Shown: positions 18,317 through 27,922 of the stretch, one piece after another
Layout: each line of letters begins with the position of its first letter
Position numbering within the stretch: position 1 is the stretch's first letter
NCBI GenBank assembly: GCA_017441005.1
Contig: JAFSAM010000073.1
Coordinates: forward strand, 7,619-71,618
Direction of reading: 5' to 3'
Length of the DNA: 64,000 nt
Source of the DNA: Clostridia bacterium
GTDB lineage: Bacteria; Bacillota; Clostridia; Oscillospirales; CAG-272
Made by a program: the position numbers and the translations under genes
Notes under the pieces: generated by a model
Told to the model about the DNA's origin: nothing
Seen by the model: the letters and a program-made list of their open reading frames with translations, nothing else
Database searches by the model: none

Positions 18317-18426
18317 TGATTTCCTCCGTTTTTTCTGTATAATAAAATATATAGAGAATGTTTTTGGTTAATTCATCGATACACAAAATATTCTCAATAA
18401 TTTTACAAGTTTTTACCCGTTATCAC

Positions 18427-18455
18427 TTGACAAAACGTATTTTATTGTATATAAT
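18427..18455 (+). promoter_or_regulatory. Consensus sigma-A promoter for yceD-rpmF
   Basis: TTGACA (18427-18432), 17-nt spacer, TATAAT (18450-18455). Confidence 0.65.
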
Positions 18456-18487
18456 ATTGGGTGTTATGTTTATAGGAGGATGAGGTT

Positions 18488-19000
18488 ATGATTATTGATA
18501 TAAACCCTATTCTCAAAGGCGAAAAAACAGAGCTTGAAATCGGTTTTGATTTGGAGATCACAGAAGAACTTGACGATATTAGGTTTCCCGATACTTTTCC
18601 CGTAAAAGGCAAAGTAAAGGATATGGCAGGGTATATTACGTTAAAGTTGGAAGCTGATGTTAAGTACACCGCTGCTTGCGCAAGATGCTTGGTTCCGATT
18701 ACTGAACAAAAGAGTATTGTGTTCGAAAAAACCGTTGTTACAAACTCCATTGAGCTTCAAAATGAAGATAACGATGACTATATCACGGCAAATGACGGCT
18801 ATATAGATGCTGATGAGGCTTTAATCGAGCAGATAGTGCTCGAGTTACCGCTCAGACATTTGTGCAAAGAGGATTGCAAAGGTCTTTGTCCCGTGTGTGG
18901 TATAGACTTAAATACCGATACTTGTAGCTGCGAGACAAAAGAAGCGGATCCGAGATTCGATGTTTTAAGAAAGCTGTTAGAAGATAATAAAAAGAATTAA
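18488..19000 (+). CDS. yceD: YceD-family (DUF177) 23S rRNA accumulation protein
   Basis: 170 aa with a C-terminal CKEDCKGLCPVCGIDLN..CSC metal-binding block, immediately upstream of rpmF (the conserved pairing). Confidence 0.85.
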   Translation: MIIDINPILKGEKTELEIGFDLEITEELDDIRFPDTFPVKGKVKDMAGYITLKLEADVKYTAACARCLVPITEQKSIVFEKTVVTNSIELQNEDNDDYITANDGYIDADEALIEQIVLELPLRHLCKEDCKGLCPVCGIDLNTDTCSCETKEADPRFDVLRKLLEDNKKN

Positions 19001-19054
19001 AATATATCACATATTTCATCATAGATGAACAGTCAATGAGGAGGTGCAAAATCC

Positions 19055-19237
19055 ATGGCAGTACCAAAGAGAAAAGTATCAAAAGCAAGACGCGATAAGA
19101 GACGCTCAAGCACTTGGAAGCTTGATGCTCCCGAAATGGCAAAATGCCCCAAATGCGGTGAGTATGTTCTTACCCACAGAGTATGCCCTGCATGCGGAAC
19201 ATATGATGGCAAACAGGTAATTGAAGTAAAAGACTAA
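19055..19237 (+). CDS. rpmF: 50S ribosomal protein L32
   Basis: [18 protein letters not shown]... with a CPKCG...CPACG zinc ribbon; 60 aa. GGAGGTG RBS. Confidence 0.97.
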   Translation: MAVPKRKVSKARRDKRRSSTWKLDAPEMAKCPKCGEYVLTHRVCPACGTYDGKQVIEVKD

Positions 19238-19266
19238 TAAGAAGATTATCCGGCCAGACTGCAGTT

Positions 19267-19320
19267 ATGCCGACAATGTTATCGAAAACGCTCGATTACC
19301 TTGTCGGCATATTTTGATTT
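19267..19320 (+). terminator. Terminator after rpmF
   Basis: ATGCCGACAA (19267-19276) / TTGTCGGCAT (19301-19310) outer stem with an inner ATCGA/TCGAT stem, then aTTTTgaTTT. Confidence 0.6.
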
Positions 19321-19341
19321 ATACGTAAGGGAGTGAATAAT

Positions 19342-21261
19342 ATGGGACCCGGAGGTATGCCACCACCGCTTAGACCCAATAACGACCATCTAAAGCCGCC
19401 TAAGCCTAAAGGAATAAAAGAGCTTCCCGGTTATATAAAAAAATTGACAGGTGATTTCTTCGGACGTTTATTATATATATTCAAGCTCGTCTGGGAAACG
19501 AGAAAATGGATATTTTTCTCGCTGCTTTTTATTGCTGTTTTGCGCGGTATTTTACCTATCGTAAGTGCATATATAACAGCACAGCTTATCAATAATTTGG
19601 CTCGAGCTTATAATGGAACAGTTGGACTTGATTCCGTTATGTTTTGGCTTGTTTTGCAGTTTGTATACTTATTTATCAGCAAGATTCTTGGATTTATTGA
19701 TACAATGGTAACACGTATCTCTGGCGAGCTGGTAACAAACCACATTAAAGTCAAAATATTAAAAAAGGCAAAAGAAATCGACCTTGGCAGATTTGACATT
19801 CCCGAGTTTTACGAAAAACTCGAAAATGCAAACAGGGAAGCATCAATGCGTCCGCTACAGATACTAAACTCTACTTTTAATGCAATAAGCAGCAGTATCA
19901 CCATAGTAAGCTTTGTTGTATTGCTTTGGTCCATAGGCCCTTGGATCCCTTTAGTTTTAGCACTTCTCGGCATTCCAACTGCAATAGTAAACTTTGTTTT
20001 CAGACGCAAAAATGTAAATTATATGCGTTTTCGCTCCAAAGACCGTCGTCAGATGGAATACTATTCCGGATTGATGACAAACAAGGATTTAGCCAAAGAA
20101 GTTAGACTTTTCAATCTTTCCGACACTTTTATAGACCGCTTCTCCAATGTATTCAAAAGATATTTTTCCGGACTAAAAAAGCTTATTTTAAAAGAAAATA
20201 TTTGGAACATCTCAATAACGTTAATCACGGTTATTATTAACTGTCTGCTATTCCTTTTTGTTGCTTTCAAAGTTACAGAGGGGGAATTGGAGATCGGTGA
20301 TTACACAATGTATACCGGTGCTTTGAATAGCATTTCAGCAAGCGTAACCGCGATTATTACATCGACAGCAACTGTTTTTGAGGGAACATTGTTTATAGAA
20401 AATGTAATACGTTTTATGAAAGACAAAAAGACCATCGTTTCGTCTCTCGAAGAACCTCGTATACCGCAGCGGCACATTGGTCATACGATAGAATTCAAAA
20501 ACGTATCATTCAAATACCCCGGAACAGACAAATTTGTTTTAAAGAACATTAATTTAACCCTTAACCCCGGTGAGACCGCAGTACTGGTAGGATTAAACGG
20601 TGCAGGAAAAACTACTTTAATCAAGCTTTTAACAAGACTTTATGACCCCACCGAAGGTGTTATCCTTCTCGATGGGTATGACATAAAAGAATACTCCCCC
20701 GAAGAAGTATATGATTTGTTCGGTATTATTTTCCAGGACTTTGGCAAATATGCCGTATCTGTAAAGGAAAATATCGCCTTCGGTCAAGTAGACAAAGAGA
20801 TTGACGATGAAAGCATAGAGGCCGCCGCAACACAAAGCGACTCACTTGATTTTATCAAAAAGCTCCCGGCATCATTCGATACCCCACTAATGAGATACTT
20901 CGAAGAAAAGGGAATAGAGCTGTCTATCGGTCAGTGGCAAAAGCTCTCAGTAGCAAGAGCATTTTATGCAGATTCAGACATCTTGATACTGGACGAGCCT
21001 ACAGCTTCACTCGATGCTATTGCTGAACAGGAAATATTCAATCAATTTGATGAGCTGCGCAAAGATAAATTGACATTATTTGTTTCCCACAGACTTTCGA
21101 GCGCCACAACAGCTTCAAAAATTATTGTATTAATGGATGGTCAAATAGTGGAAGAGGGAACACATAAACAACTCATGGAATTAAACGGCCACTATTATAC
21201 ACTGTTTTCTACACAAGCACAAAGATACATTTCGTCTTTACAGGAGGACACCAATGAATAA
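19342..21261 (+). CDS. ABC exporter, fused permease/ATPase (MsbA/type I exporter-like)
   Basis: Six N-terminal TM helices, then Walker A GLNGAGKTT, signature LSIGQWQKLSVARAF and Walker B ILILDEPTASLD. The ORF opens at GTG 19333; ATG 19342 lies 8 nt after AAGGGAG. Pro-rich N-terminal tail MGPGGMPPPLRP. Confidence 0.9.
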   Translation: MGPGGMPPPLRPNNDHLKPPKPKGIKELPGYIKKLTGDFFGRLLYIFKLVWETRKWIFFSLLFIAVLRGILPIVSAYITAQLINNLARAYNGTVGLDSVMFWLVLQFVYLFISKILGFIDTMVTRISGELVTNHIKVKILKKAKEIDLGRFDIPEFYEKLENANREASMRPLQILNSTFNAISSSITIVSFVVLLWSIGPWIPLVLALLGIPTAIVNFVFRRKNVNYMRFRSKDRRQMEYYSGLMTNKDLAKEVRLFNLSDTFIDRFSNVFKRYFSGLKKLILKENIWNISITLITVIINCLLFLFVAFKVTEGELEIGDYTMYTGALNSISASVTAIITSTATVFEGTLFIENVIRFMKDKKTIVSSLEEPRIPQRHIGHTIEFKNVSFKYPGTDKFVLKNINLTLNPGETAVLVGLNGAGKTTLIKLLTRLYDPTEGVILLDGYDIKEYSPEEVYDLFGIIFQDFGKYAVSVKENIAFGQVDKEIDDESIEAAATQSDSLDFIKKLPASFDTPLMRYFEEKGIELSIGQWQKLSVARAFYADSDILILDEPTASLDAIAEQEIFNQFDELRKDKLTLFVSHRLSSATTASKIIVLMDGQIVEEGTHKQLMELNGHYYTLFSTQAQRYISSLQEDTNE

Positions 21262-22480
21262 CAATATACCTTTTAAGACAGCAAATATCCTTTTGCCTAA
21301 AAAAGACTTTGAAAAATGGTCTGTAATTGCCTGCGATCAATTTACAAGCGACAAAGCATATTGGGATGATACGAAAAAACATGTCGGAGACTATAGATCC
21401 ACGCTAAAAATTACCCTTCCGGAAATTTACCTCGAAGGTGAAAATACTGAGGAAACAATAAAGAATATCAATGCAGAAATGAAGAAGTATCTTACAGAAG
21501 ATGTCTTCACAGAATACAAGGATGCAATGATATACGTAGAACGTACACAAGCCGACGGAAGGATAAGACCGGGAATAATAGGCGCTGTTGATTTAGAGGA
21601 TTATGATTATAGAAAGGGGTCTGAAAAACTTATACGTGCAACCGAGGGAACAGTACTCGAAAGAATCCCGCCGAGAGTCAAAATACGCAAGGATGCTCCA
21701 CTTGAACTTCCTCATATTGCATTATTGATAGATGATATCAACAAAACAGTAATTGAGCCACTTTCTGCAAAAAAATCATCAATGACCAAACTGTACGATT
21801 TCGATTTAATGATGGGCGGAGGTCATATTGAAGGATATCTTATCGACCAAGAAGAAATTGGCAGAATAACTAACGCTTTAGCAAATCTTTGCAATAACGA
21901 AGAACATCCGCTTTTGTTTGCTGTAGGAGACGGAAACCACTCGCTGGCCACTGCAAAAGAATGCTACGAAATGATCAAAAAAGACGATCCTGAAGCCGCA
22001 CAAAACAGTCCGGCAAGATATGCGCTGGCAGAAGTTGGTAATATCCATTGTACAGCGCTTGATTTTGAACCGATTTACAGAGTTGTTTTTGGCGTGGACT
22101 CCGATGACTTTATTAACGAATTCAAAAAGCACTTTGAAACAAAGACCCCAAACACGACGATAATTTATACACACGAAAATAAAGAGGGAACTGTAGAAAT
22201 CGATGTCCCTGAAGACAAACTGACAACCGGAGTAATTCAGGCATATATAGATAGCTATTTAACAAAAAATCCTACAGTCAAAGTTGACTACATCCACGGA
22301 ACTAATGACGTAAAAGCTCTCTCGTCAGCCCCCAACACCGTAGGCTTGATCTACGAAGGAATATCTAAGGATACGTTGTTCAGCTCAGTAAAAGCAACCG
22401 GCTCATTACCGAGGAAAACATTCTCGATGGGCGAAGCAAGAGATAAGAGATATTATCTCGAGTGCCGTAAAATCAAATAA
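21254..22480 (+). CDS. DUF1015-family protein (function unknown)
   Basis: 408 aa. KWSVIACDQFTS and AVGDGNHSLATAKECYE blocks recall DUF1015 (from memory, not searched). The ATG overlaps the ABC exporter stop by 8 nt. Confidence 0.65.
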   Translation: MNNNIPFKTANILLPKKDFEKWSVIACDQFTSDKAYWDDTKKHVGDYRSTLKITLPEIYLEGENTEETIKNINAEMKKYLTEDVFTEYKDAMIYVERTQADGRIRPGIIGAVDLEDYDYRKGSEKLIRATEGTVLERIPPRVKIRKDAPLELPHIALLIDDINKTVIEPLSAKKSSMTKLYDFDLMMGGGHIEGYLIDQEEIGRITNALANLCNNEEHPLLFAVGDGNHSLATAKECYEMIKKDDPEAAQNSPARYALAEVGNIHCTALDFEPIYRVVFGVDSDDFINEFKKHFETKTPNTTIIYTHENKEGTVEIDVPEDKLTTGVIQAYIDSYLTKNPTVKVDYIHGTNDVKALSSAPNTVGLIYEGISKDTLFSSVKATGSLPRKTFSMGEARDKRYYLECRKIK

Positions 22481-22511
22481 AAAACAGACCTCAAAGTGAG
22501 GTCTGTTTTTT
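22478..22511 (+). terminator. Intrinsic terminator after the DUF1015 gene
   Basis: ACAGACCTCA (22484-22493) / TGAGGTCTGT (22497-22506) stem followed by T6. Confidence 0.8.
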
Positions 22512-22587
22512 GGTGGGGACAATTGGGATCGAACCAATGACCTTATGCATGTCAAGCATACACTCTAACCAGCTGAGCTATGCCCCC
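22511..22587 (-). tRNA. tRNA-Val (anticodon GAC), CCA encoded
   Basis: The reverse complement folds as a cloverleaf: acceptor GGGGGCA/TGTCCCC, D-arm GCTC..GAGT, anticodon stem TATGC/GCATA with loop TTGACAT (anticodon GAC), T-arm ATTGG-TTCGATC-CCAAT, 3' ACCA. 77 nt. Confidence 0.93.
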
Positions 22588-22725
22588 GAACATTTGTTAT
22601 TATAACACATCCAAACCCAAATAGCAATAGTTTATGGAAATTTATTATTATTTTTTTAGGGAAGGATATGCTGCTCCGACACACTTGATTATACAAAATA
22701 AAAATTTTATATAATTTAGGGGAGG

Positions 22726-22778
22726 TAAAAAACTAAAGGTGGTCACATTGTTTTTGTCAAACGTCGTGAGCCACCTTT
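22726..22778 (-). terminator. Probable terminator downstream of the degenerate P-type ATPase gene
   Basis: On the minus strand, AAAGGTGGCTCAC pairs with GTGACCACCTTT (one bulged base), followed by agTTTTTT. Confidence 0.55.
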
Positions 22779-22799
22779 AATACATTTAATTGTTATTAC

Positions 22800-25577
22800 T
22801 TATTTCTTTAGAAATATCTTTTGCACTTCGTATACAATCAACATTGTTACCGACGGTATAAGACTCAATAAATATGGCATCCATCCCATTCTTACTACAC
22901 AAAAAATTTCCTGTGCAGGTTTCCAAAAATATGTCACCAGTAAAAATCCTACCACGGTAACAATTAGCAACAATTGGGCACGCTTATATTTTGCGCCGGA
23001 CTTAAAGATGCTATCATCCTTAATTAACTCATTGATTACAACAACCTGTGAAATGATAAATCCTACAAACAATGCAGTTGTCTGTACACTGACTGAATGA
23101 ATATTCAAAATTCCCAGCAACATCGGCAATACGATAACTGACCCCGCCCAGACTATTCCAGACAGCAAGGCGATTGGTATATATTTGTAAAAATCATTCA
23201 GTTCCTCAACTGAATTTTTCTTTAAAACAATCCTATAGTCCTTGCGATCAAACGTTATAAAAAGCATAGCCAAAAAATCAATTACAAGACCCGTAAAAAG
23301 TATCTGTTGCGGTTTTATGACTACATCTCGAGCAAAAATCGTATACAGCAATATCAAAAATCTTGCAAAATTTGTTGTTAACAAATACTTAACAAATACA
23401 GCCAGGCTGCTGTAAATCTTCTTAGACGCAACTATAGCACCCAGCATAGCATTAAAACCGCCGTTTCCTCGCTTATCAGCATCAGACACTATGACGTCTG
23501 CTATAAACTTTAGTGCTTCACTACCTGTTTTCTTGCTGTCTTTAGAGTTTTTGACAAGCATAGGAGTATTGGTGTTTTTGGCCATGGTCATATCAAGACC
23601 GCCTTTTTCGAGCTTACCTGACAAAGTTGTGCTTTGAAGAAATCCCACATCAGCTTCTTTAAGTAAAATGATCTCGTCAAGCTCCCTTGCTAAAACGCCA
23701 ACCACTTCCCCTTCGCTGTGTAAATTGGCAAGCAACTTTCGTTTTTGGAAGATAGAAAGATTTTCATACAGCTTATAGAGCGAAACGTTAGTGCGGATCA
23801 GATCCTCTTTCATAGTCAAAAGTTGCGCTCCCGTGACTATTTCTTCTTCGTTCTTAACAATTCCGAGAGACTCAGCCAAGATTCTGTTGTTATCTCCGAG
23901 GTCGTCAGATAACATTATTACTTTTATACCTGCAGCCTGACAAGCCGCTATATTTCTTGCTGCGCCGGGCAACATTTTTTCCTTAATTGCAACAAAGCCT
24001 TCAAACACCATGTCTGTTTGACAAGCGCTTATTCTTCTCAAATTATTATAATGAGTACTTTTGCTTGCGATAGCCACTATTCTGTAGCATTTTCTGCCCA
24101 GCTTCAAAGCTTCGGAGATGATCTCTGATTTTTTCTCCGAATCAAACAGATAGACTTTACCGTTTTCGGAATATGAAGTACATGCCGATAGAATATCCTC
24201 CAAAGTTCCCCTGCAGGCAACCGTATATCCGTTTTCTGAATTAACAAGAGTGGTATCAAACCTACTTATTTCACCCTTTGAAATGTGCTCAAGAATAGGA
24301 TATTCCCTATCAAGATTGATGTTGTAGACCCTGCACCTCTGCGCAAGAGAAATAATCGCATCTTCCTCCGGAGAAAAGATATTTTCATTGTTCAAATTCT
24401 TGTTTATAAGATTTCCGGCACCATACAACCCGGTAGAAACTATAGCAAACTTAAGCGCCCTTTCAACATTTTCCGAAAAATGAACTTCCCCCTCCGAGTA
24501 AAGTGAATGGTTTACGAAAACCTTTTCCGCCTTAACCTCTCTAATCGAAAAAGCACCGTCTTTGTTAACCAATAAACAGGTTATATCCTTCAATTGATCA
24601 ATTTTTGATATATTCTTTATAAGTGCCCCCGAGTTGATGTGCTTATTCTGTTTTACCGCAGAAAACAAACCGTTTGCAACTATTATATATGCTGAAATCA
24701 AATGAAACTCCGCATTAGAAGCCACCGCAAAAGCAAGAGCTGAAAGAAAAATACTCAGGAAGCTGGTTTCTATGGGACCAAACATAACCATAAGGATGAC
24801 CAAAACAAAAATAGCACCGATCAGGCCTAAGCCCCACACCTTACTGTACTTTGTCATAAACGCGATCGGTCGAATATTATCATACGAGACCAAAGGTTTG
24901 GTTTTTTCCATTTTTCTGACAAGGGTATCATCGCCGGTACAGCAACAAATAGCTTTAGCTGTACCCTTTATGACAATTGTTGATGCAAACACCATATTAG
25001 CCTGTTGTCCGGGCGGAACATCATGAGTATACTTCAAAAAATACGGATCCTTCTCGGTAGGTTTGATTTCACCCGTAATATTAACTTCAAGAACCTGAAA
25101 TCCGTCCGACTCCACAATTCTGGCATCTGCCGGGACCATATCTCCGGAGGATAAATAGATCAAATCCCCCTTCACAAGCTGTTCGCTTTTTATGAGATAC
25201 ATTTTTCCGTTACGCATAACCTTGGTTGTCGGCAAGGAAAGCTTACTCATGTCTTCAAATATCTTCAGAGCTTTATTATACGTGAAAACAGAGATAATAA
25301 CATTAAAAATAGTAAGCCCGATTACAAACCACGCAACACTATCACTTTCAAATATTGCAGCCAAAAAAGAAATGATAAGCAACAACAAAGTTGTAGGATC
25401 CGTTATGATTTTCTTAAGACACGATTCAAACGAATGCTTCTTAACGGGATAAATAACGTTCATCTCATCGTTCTTTTGTCTTGTACGCAATACTTGAGGC
25501 GAAAGACCGGCATTAACGTCTGTATTCAATTTTTCAGCAACCTGAGCGACAGTTTTGTCATACCATCTTTCGTTCAT
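22800..25577 (-). CDS. P-type ATPase homologue with degenerate catalytic motifs (probable pseudo-enzyme), 10 TM
   Basis: N-terminal Cation_ATPase_N-like WYDKTVAQVAEKLNTDVNAGLS, an actuator domain and 10 hydrophobic helices. However, DKTGT is replaced by NKDGA, PEGL by NAEF, TGD by SDD and GDGVNDAP by ARELDEII. ATG 25577 is preferred over TTG 25586. Confidence 0.85.
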   Translation of the reverse strand: MNERWYDKTVAQVAEKLNTDVNAGLSPQVLRTRQKNDEMNVIYPVKKHSFESCLKKIITDPTTLLLLIISFLAAIFESDSVAWFVIGLTIFNVIISVFTYNKALKIFEDMSKLSLPTTKVMRNGKMYLIKSEQLVKGDLIYLSSGDMVPADARIVESDGFQVLEVNITGEIKPTEKDPYFLKYTHDVPPGQQANMVFASTIVIKGTAKAICCCTGDDTLVRKMEKTKPLVSYDNIRPIAFMTKYSKVWGLGLIGAIFVLVILMVMFGPIETSFLSIFLSALAFAVASNAEFHLISAYIIVANGLFSAVKQNKHINSGALIKNISKIDQLKDITCLLVNKDGAFSIREVKAEKVFVNHSLYSEGEVHFSENVERALKFAIVSTGLYGAGNLINKNLNNENIFSPEEDAIISLAQRCRVYNINLDREYPILEHISKGEISRFDTTLVNSENGYTVACRGTLEDILSACTSYSENGKVYLFDSEKKSEIISEALKLGRKCYRIVAIASKSTHYNNLRRISACQTDMVFEGFVAIKEKMLPGAARNIAACQAAGIKVIMLSDDLGDNNRILAESLGIVKNEEEIVTGAQLLTMKEDLIRTNVSLYKLYENLSIFQKRKLLANLHSEGEVVGVLARELDEIILLKEADVGFLQSTTLSGKLEKGGLDMTMAKNTNTPMLVKNSKDSKKTGSEALKFIADVIVSDADKRGNGGFNAMLGAIVASKKIYSSLAVFVKYLLTTNFARFLILLYTIFARDVVIKPQQILFTGLVIDFLAMLFITFDRKDYRIVLKKNSVEELNDFYKYIPIALLSGIVWAGSVIVLPMLLGILNIHSVSVQTTALFVGFIISQVVVINELIKDDSIFKSGAKYKRAQLLLIVTVVGFLLVTYFWKPAQEIFCVVRMGWMPYLLSLIPSVTMLIVYEVQKIFLKK

Positions 25578-25595
25578 GATAAACAACCTTTTCTT

Positions 25596-27908
25596 TTATT
25601 TGCATATAACAGCAATTTTATTTTCAACCATTTTTAGAGTAATAGCGGATATATTTGCAGAATACTCCTCAATGATTCTGTTCGCAATCTCGTCCTCTAT
25701 ATTTTTTTGAATATATCTTCTCATATTTCTTGCGCCAAACTTACTGCTGAAGGATTCCTTACCCACAAACTCAACGACATCATCATCGAACGAAAAGTCG
25801 ATCCCTTTTTCTTCAATTCCTTTTTTCAAATCGTTAAGCATTATAGAAGCAATGGAAACGAACGATTTTTCGTCAAGAGGTCTAAATACAACGATCTCAT
25901 CAATCCTGTTTATGAACTCAGGACGTAAAAATGCGCTTAGCGCCTTCTCTGTTCTGTCAACTGCTTTAGTGGTACCGTCTGCCGAAAAACCTGCAGCATT
26001 GAGGTTAATATCAGAGCCCGCATTGGTTGTCATAACAATGATGGTATTTTCGAAATTAACCTTTCTTCCTTGAGCATCTGTAATCGTACCGTCATCAAGC
26101 ACCTGAAGAAGGATGTTCAGCACGTCTGGGTGAGCCTTTTCGATTTCATCAAAAAGCACTACAGAATAAGGCTTTCTTCTGATTTTTTCCGTAAGTTGTC
26201 CTGCCTCATCATATCCAACGTATCCGGGAGGAGCTCCTATTATTCTCGCAACAGAGTGCTTTTCCATAAACTCGGACATATCGAGCCTAATAATCGTTTC
26301 TGGAGAATCAAACAAATCGCCCGCCAGCGTTTTTACGAGCTCGGTTTTACCGACCCCTGTAGGTCCGGCAAAAATAAAAGAAACAGGCTTTTTCTTATAT
26401 GATATTCCGGCACGGCTACGTTTAATCGCCCTTACGATCGCATCAACAGCCTCGTCTTGACCGACTATACGAGCCTTCAAACGTTTTTCAAGCCCAATCA
26501 AACGCTCGTATTCAAGCGAGGTTATCTTGCTGGCGGGGACGCCCGTCCACTTTTCAATCACAAAAGCAAGGTCGTGAACAGACAGTCTGATCTTACTGCA
26601 TTTTTCGGATAACTCATCATATTTATTCTGCAAATTGATCTCATTGACCTTAAGATCGGCAAGCTTTTTGTACTTTTCAGCACTTCCCTCTTCGGTGTCT
26701 GTTTCCATGTTTTCGACTTCTTCTTTTTCCGATTTGACTTTTTCAAGCTCGGTTTTAACATTCGAAAACTCATCTATTATCGGGGTATTCAAAACAAGAT
26801 AGGATGCCGCCTCATCAAGAAGATCGATGGCTTTATCGGGAAGGTATCTGTCTGTGATATAACGTTCAGAAAGAAGCACAATCTGGCGTACAATATCATT
26901 AGGAATTTTGATTCCGTGGAAATCCTCATAATAGCCTTTAATGCCTTTCAGAATCTCAACAGAATCATCAATTGACGATTCTTCGACAAGTACGGGCTGA
27001 AACCTTCTTTCGAGAGCGGAGTCCTTTTCAATGTATTTTCTGTATTCCTTGAGTGTAGTTGCACCTATAACTTGGATATCTCCTCTTGACAATGCAGGCT
27101 TAAGAATGTTCGCTGCATTCATACTTCCTTCTGCATCGCCCGCCCCTGCAATACTGTGCACTTCGTCAATAACGAGTATGATATTACCACGTTCTTTGAC
27201 CTCTCCGATAAGCCCCTTCATTCTTTGCTCAAATTGACCTCTGAATTGTGTACCGGCAACAAGGGCAGTCAAATCAAGCAACTGAAGCTCTTTATTCTTC
27301 AACTTAAAAGGAACGTTTCCTTCCGTTATTTTTATAGCCAAGGCCTCGGCGATTGCAGTTTTACCGACACCCGGCTCGCCTATAAGACAGGGATTGTTTT
27401 TCTGTCTTCTGCACAGGATTTGGGTTACTCTTGCCAACTCATCGTCTCTGCCGATAACTCGGTCAATTTTCCCTTCCGCCGCCTTCTCATTAAGATTTAC
27501 GCAGTATTGAGAGATAAATTTATCAGCTTTTTTCTTCTCTTTTTTCTCTTTTTTCGACTTAACGTCTTTGCTGTCCATTTCCGATTTTTCATCTGAAGAT
27601 GGATTAACGGGAAACGCTCCAAACATCTTTCTTATATCAAATGCGGGAGCCCTTCCCTCTCCGGATTCATCAAAATCGTCTGTATCAGATTCCTCTGATG
27701 CCAGAGAAAGCATATTCTCCATTTCTGCATCCATCTGATCAAGATCGTCATCGGTAATGCCCATTTTTTCAATTATATCATTAACAGGCTTAATGCCTAG
27801 CTCGCGAGCACACTTTAAGCAAATACCCTCGTTTATGGTTTGACCGTTCTCTAATCTTGAAACAAAAACAACAGCCACCCTTTTTTTGCATCTTGCACAC
27901 ATTTCCAT
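25596..27908 (-). CDS. clpE: Clp/Hsp100 ATPase, ClpE-like (N-terminal zinc ribbon, two AAA+ modules)
   Basis: CARCKK...CLKC zinc ribbon instead of Clp_N repeats. D1 has Walker A GEPGVGKTA and Walker B LVIDEVH; a short coiled-coil M-domain follows. D2 has GPTGVGKTE and LFDEIEKAHPDV. NAAGF is a candidate ClpP-docking loop. Confidence 0.85.
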   Translation of the reverse strand: MEMCARCKKRVAVVFVSRLENGQTINEGICLKCARELGIKPVNDIIEKMGITDDDLDQMDAEMENMLSLASEESDTDDFDESGEGRAPAFDIRKMFGAFPVNPSSDEKSEMDSKDVKSKKEKKEKKKADKFISQYCVNLNEKAAEGKIDRVIGRDDELARVTQILCRRQKNNPCLIGEPGVGKTAIAEALAIKITEGNVPFKLKNKELQLLDLTALVAGTQFRGQFEQRMKGLIGEVKERGNIILVIDEVHSIAGAGDAEGSMNAANILKPALSRGDIQVIGATTLKEYRKYIEKDSALERRFQPVLVEESSIDDSVEILKGIKGYYEDFHGIKIPNDIVRQIVLLSERYITDRYLPDKAIDLLDEAASYLVLNTPIIDEFSNVKTELEKVKSEKEEVENMETDTEEGSAEKYKKLADLKVNEINLQNKYDELSEKCSKIRLSVHDLAFVIEKWTGVPASKITSLEYERLIGLEKRLKARIVGQDEAVDAIVRAIKRSRAGISYKKKPVSFIFAGPTGVGKTELVKTLAGDLFDSPETIIRLDMSEFMEKHSVARIIGAPPGYVGYDEAGQLTEKIRRKPYSVVLFDEIEKAHPDVLNILLQVLDDGTITDAQGRKVNFENTIIVMTTNAGSDINLNAAGFSADGTTKAVDRTEKALSAFLRPEFINRIDEIVVFRPLDEKSFVSIASIMLNDLKKGIEEKGIDFSFDDDVVEFVGKESFSSKFGARNMRRYIQKNIEDEIANRIIEEYSANISAITLKMVENKIAVICK

Positions 27909-27922
27909 AAAATCACCTAAAT

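Noticed and set aside
22480-22800. tRNA-Val flank as an integration hotspot or genomic-island boundary
   Set aside because: There is no integrase, no direct repeat of the tRNA 3' end that I could see, and the flanking genes are ordinary backbone on both sides. The 212-bp gap contains only a terminator and tiny ORFs without an RBS.
25596-27908. Clp ATPase lacking Clp_N repeats but carrying an N-terminal CxxC...CxxC ribbon, considered as a novel architecture
   Set aside because: This is the known ClpE architecture of Firmicutes: zinc ribbon, two AAA+ modules and a short M-domain. Only its linkage to the degenerate ATPase is reported.
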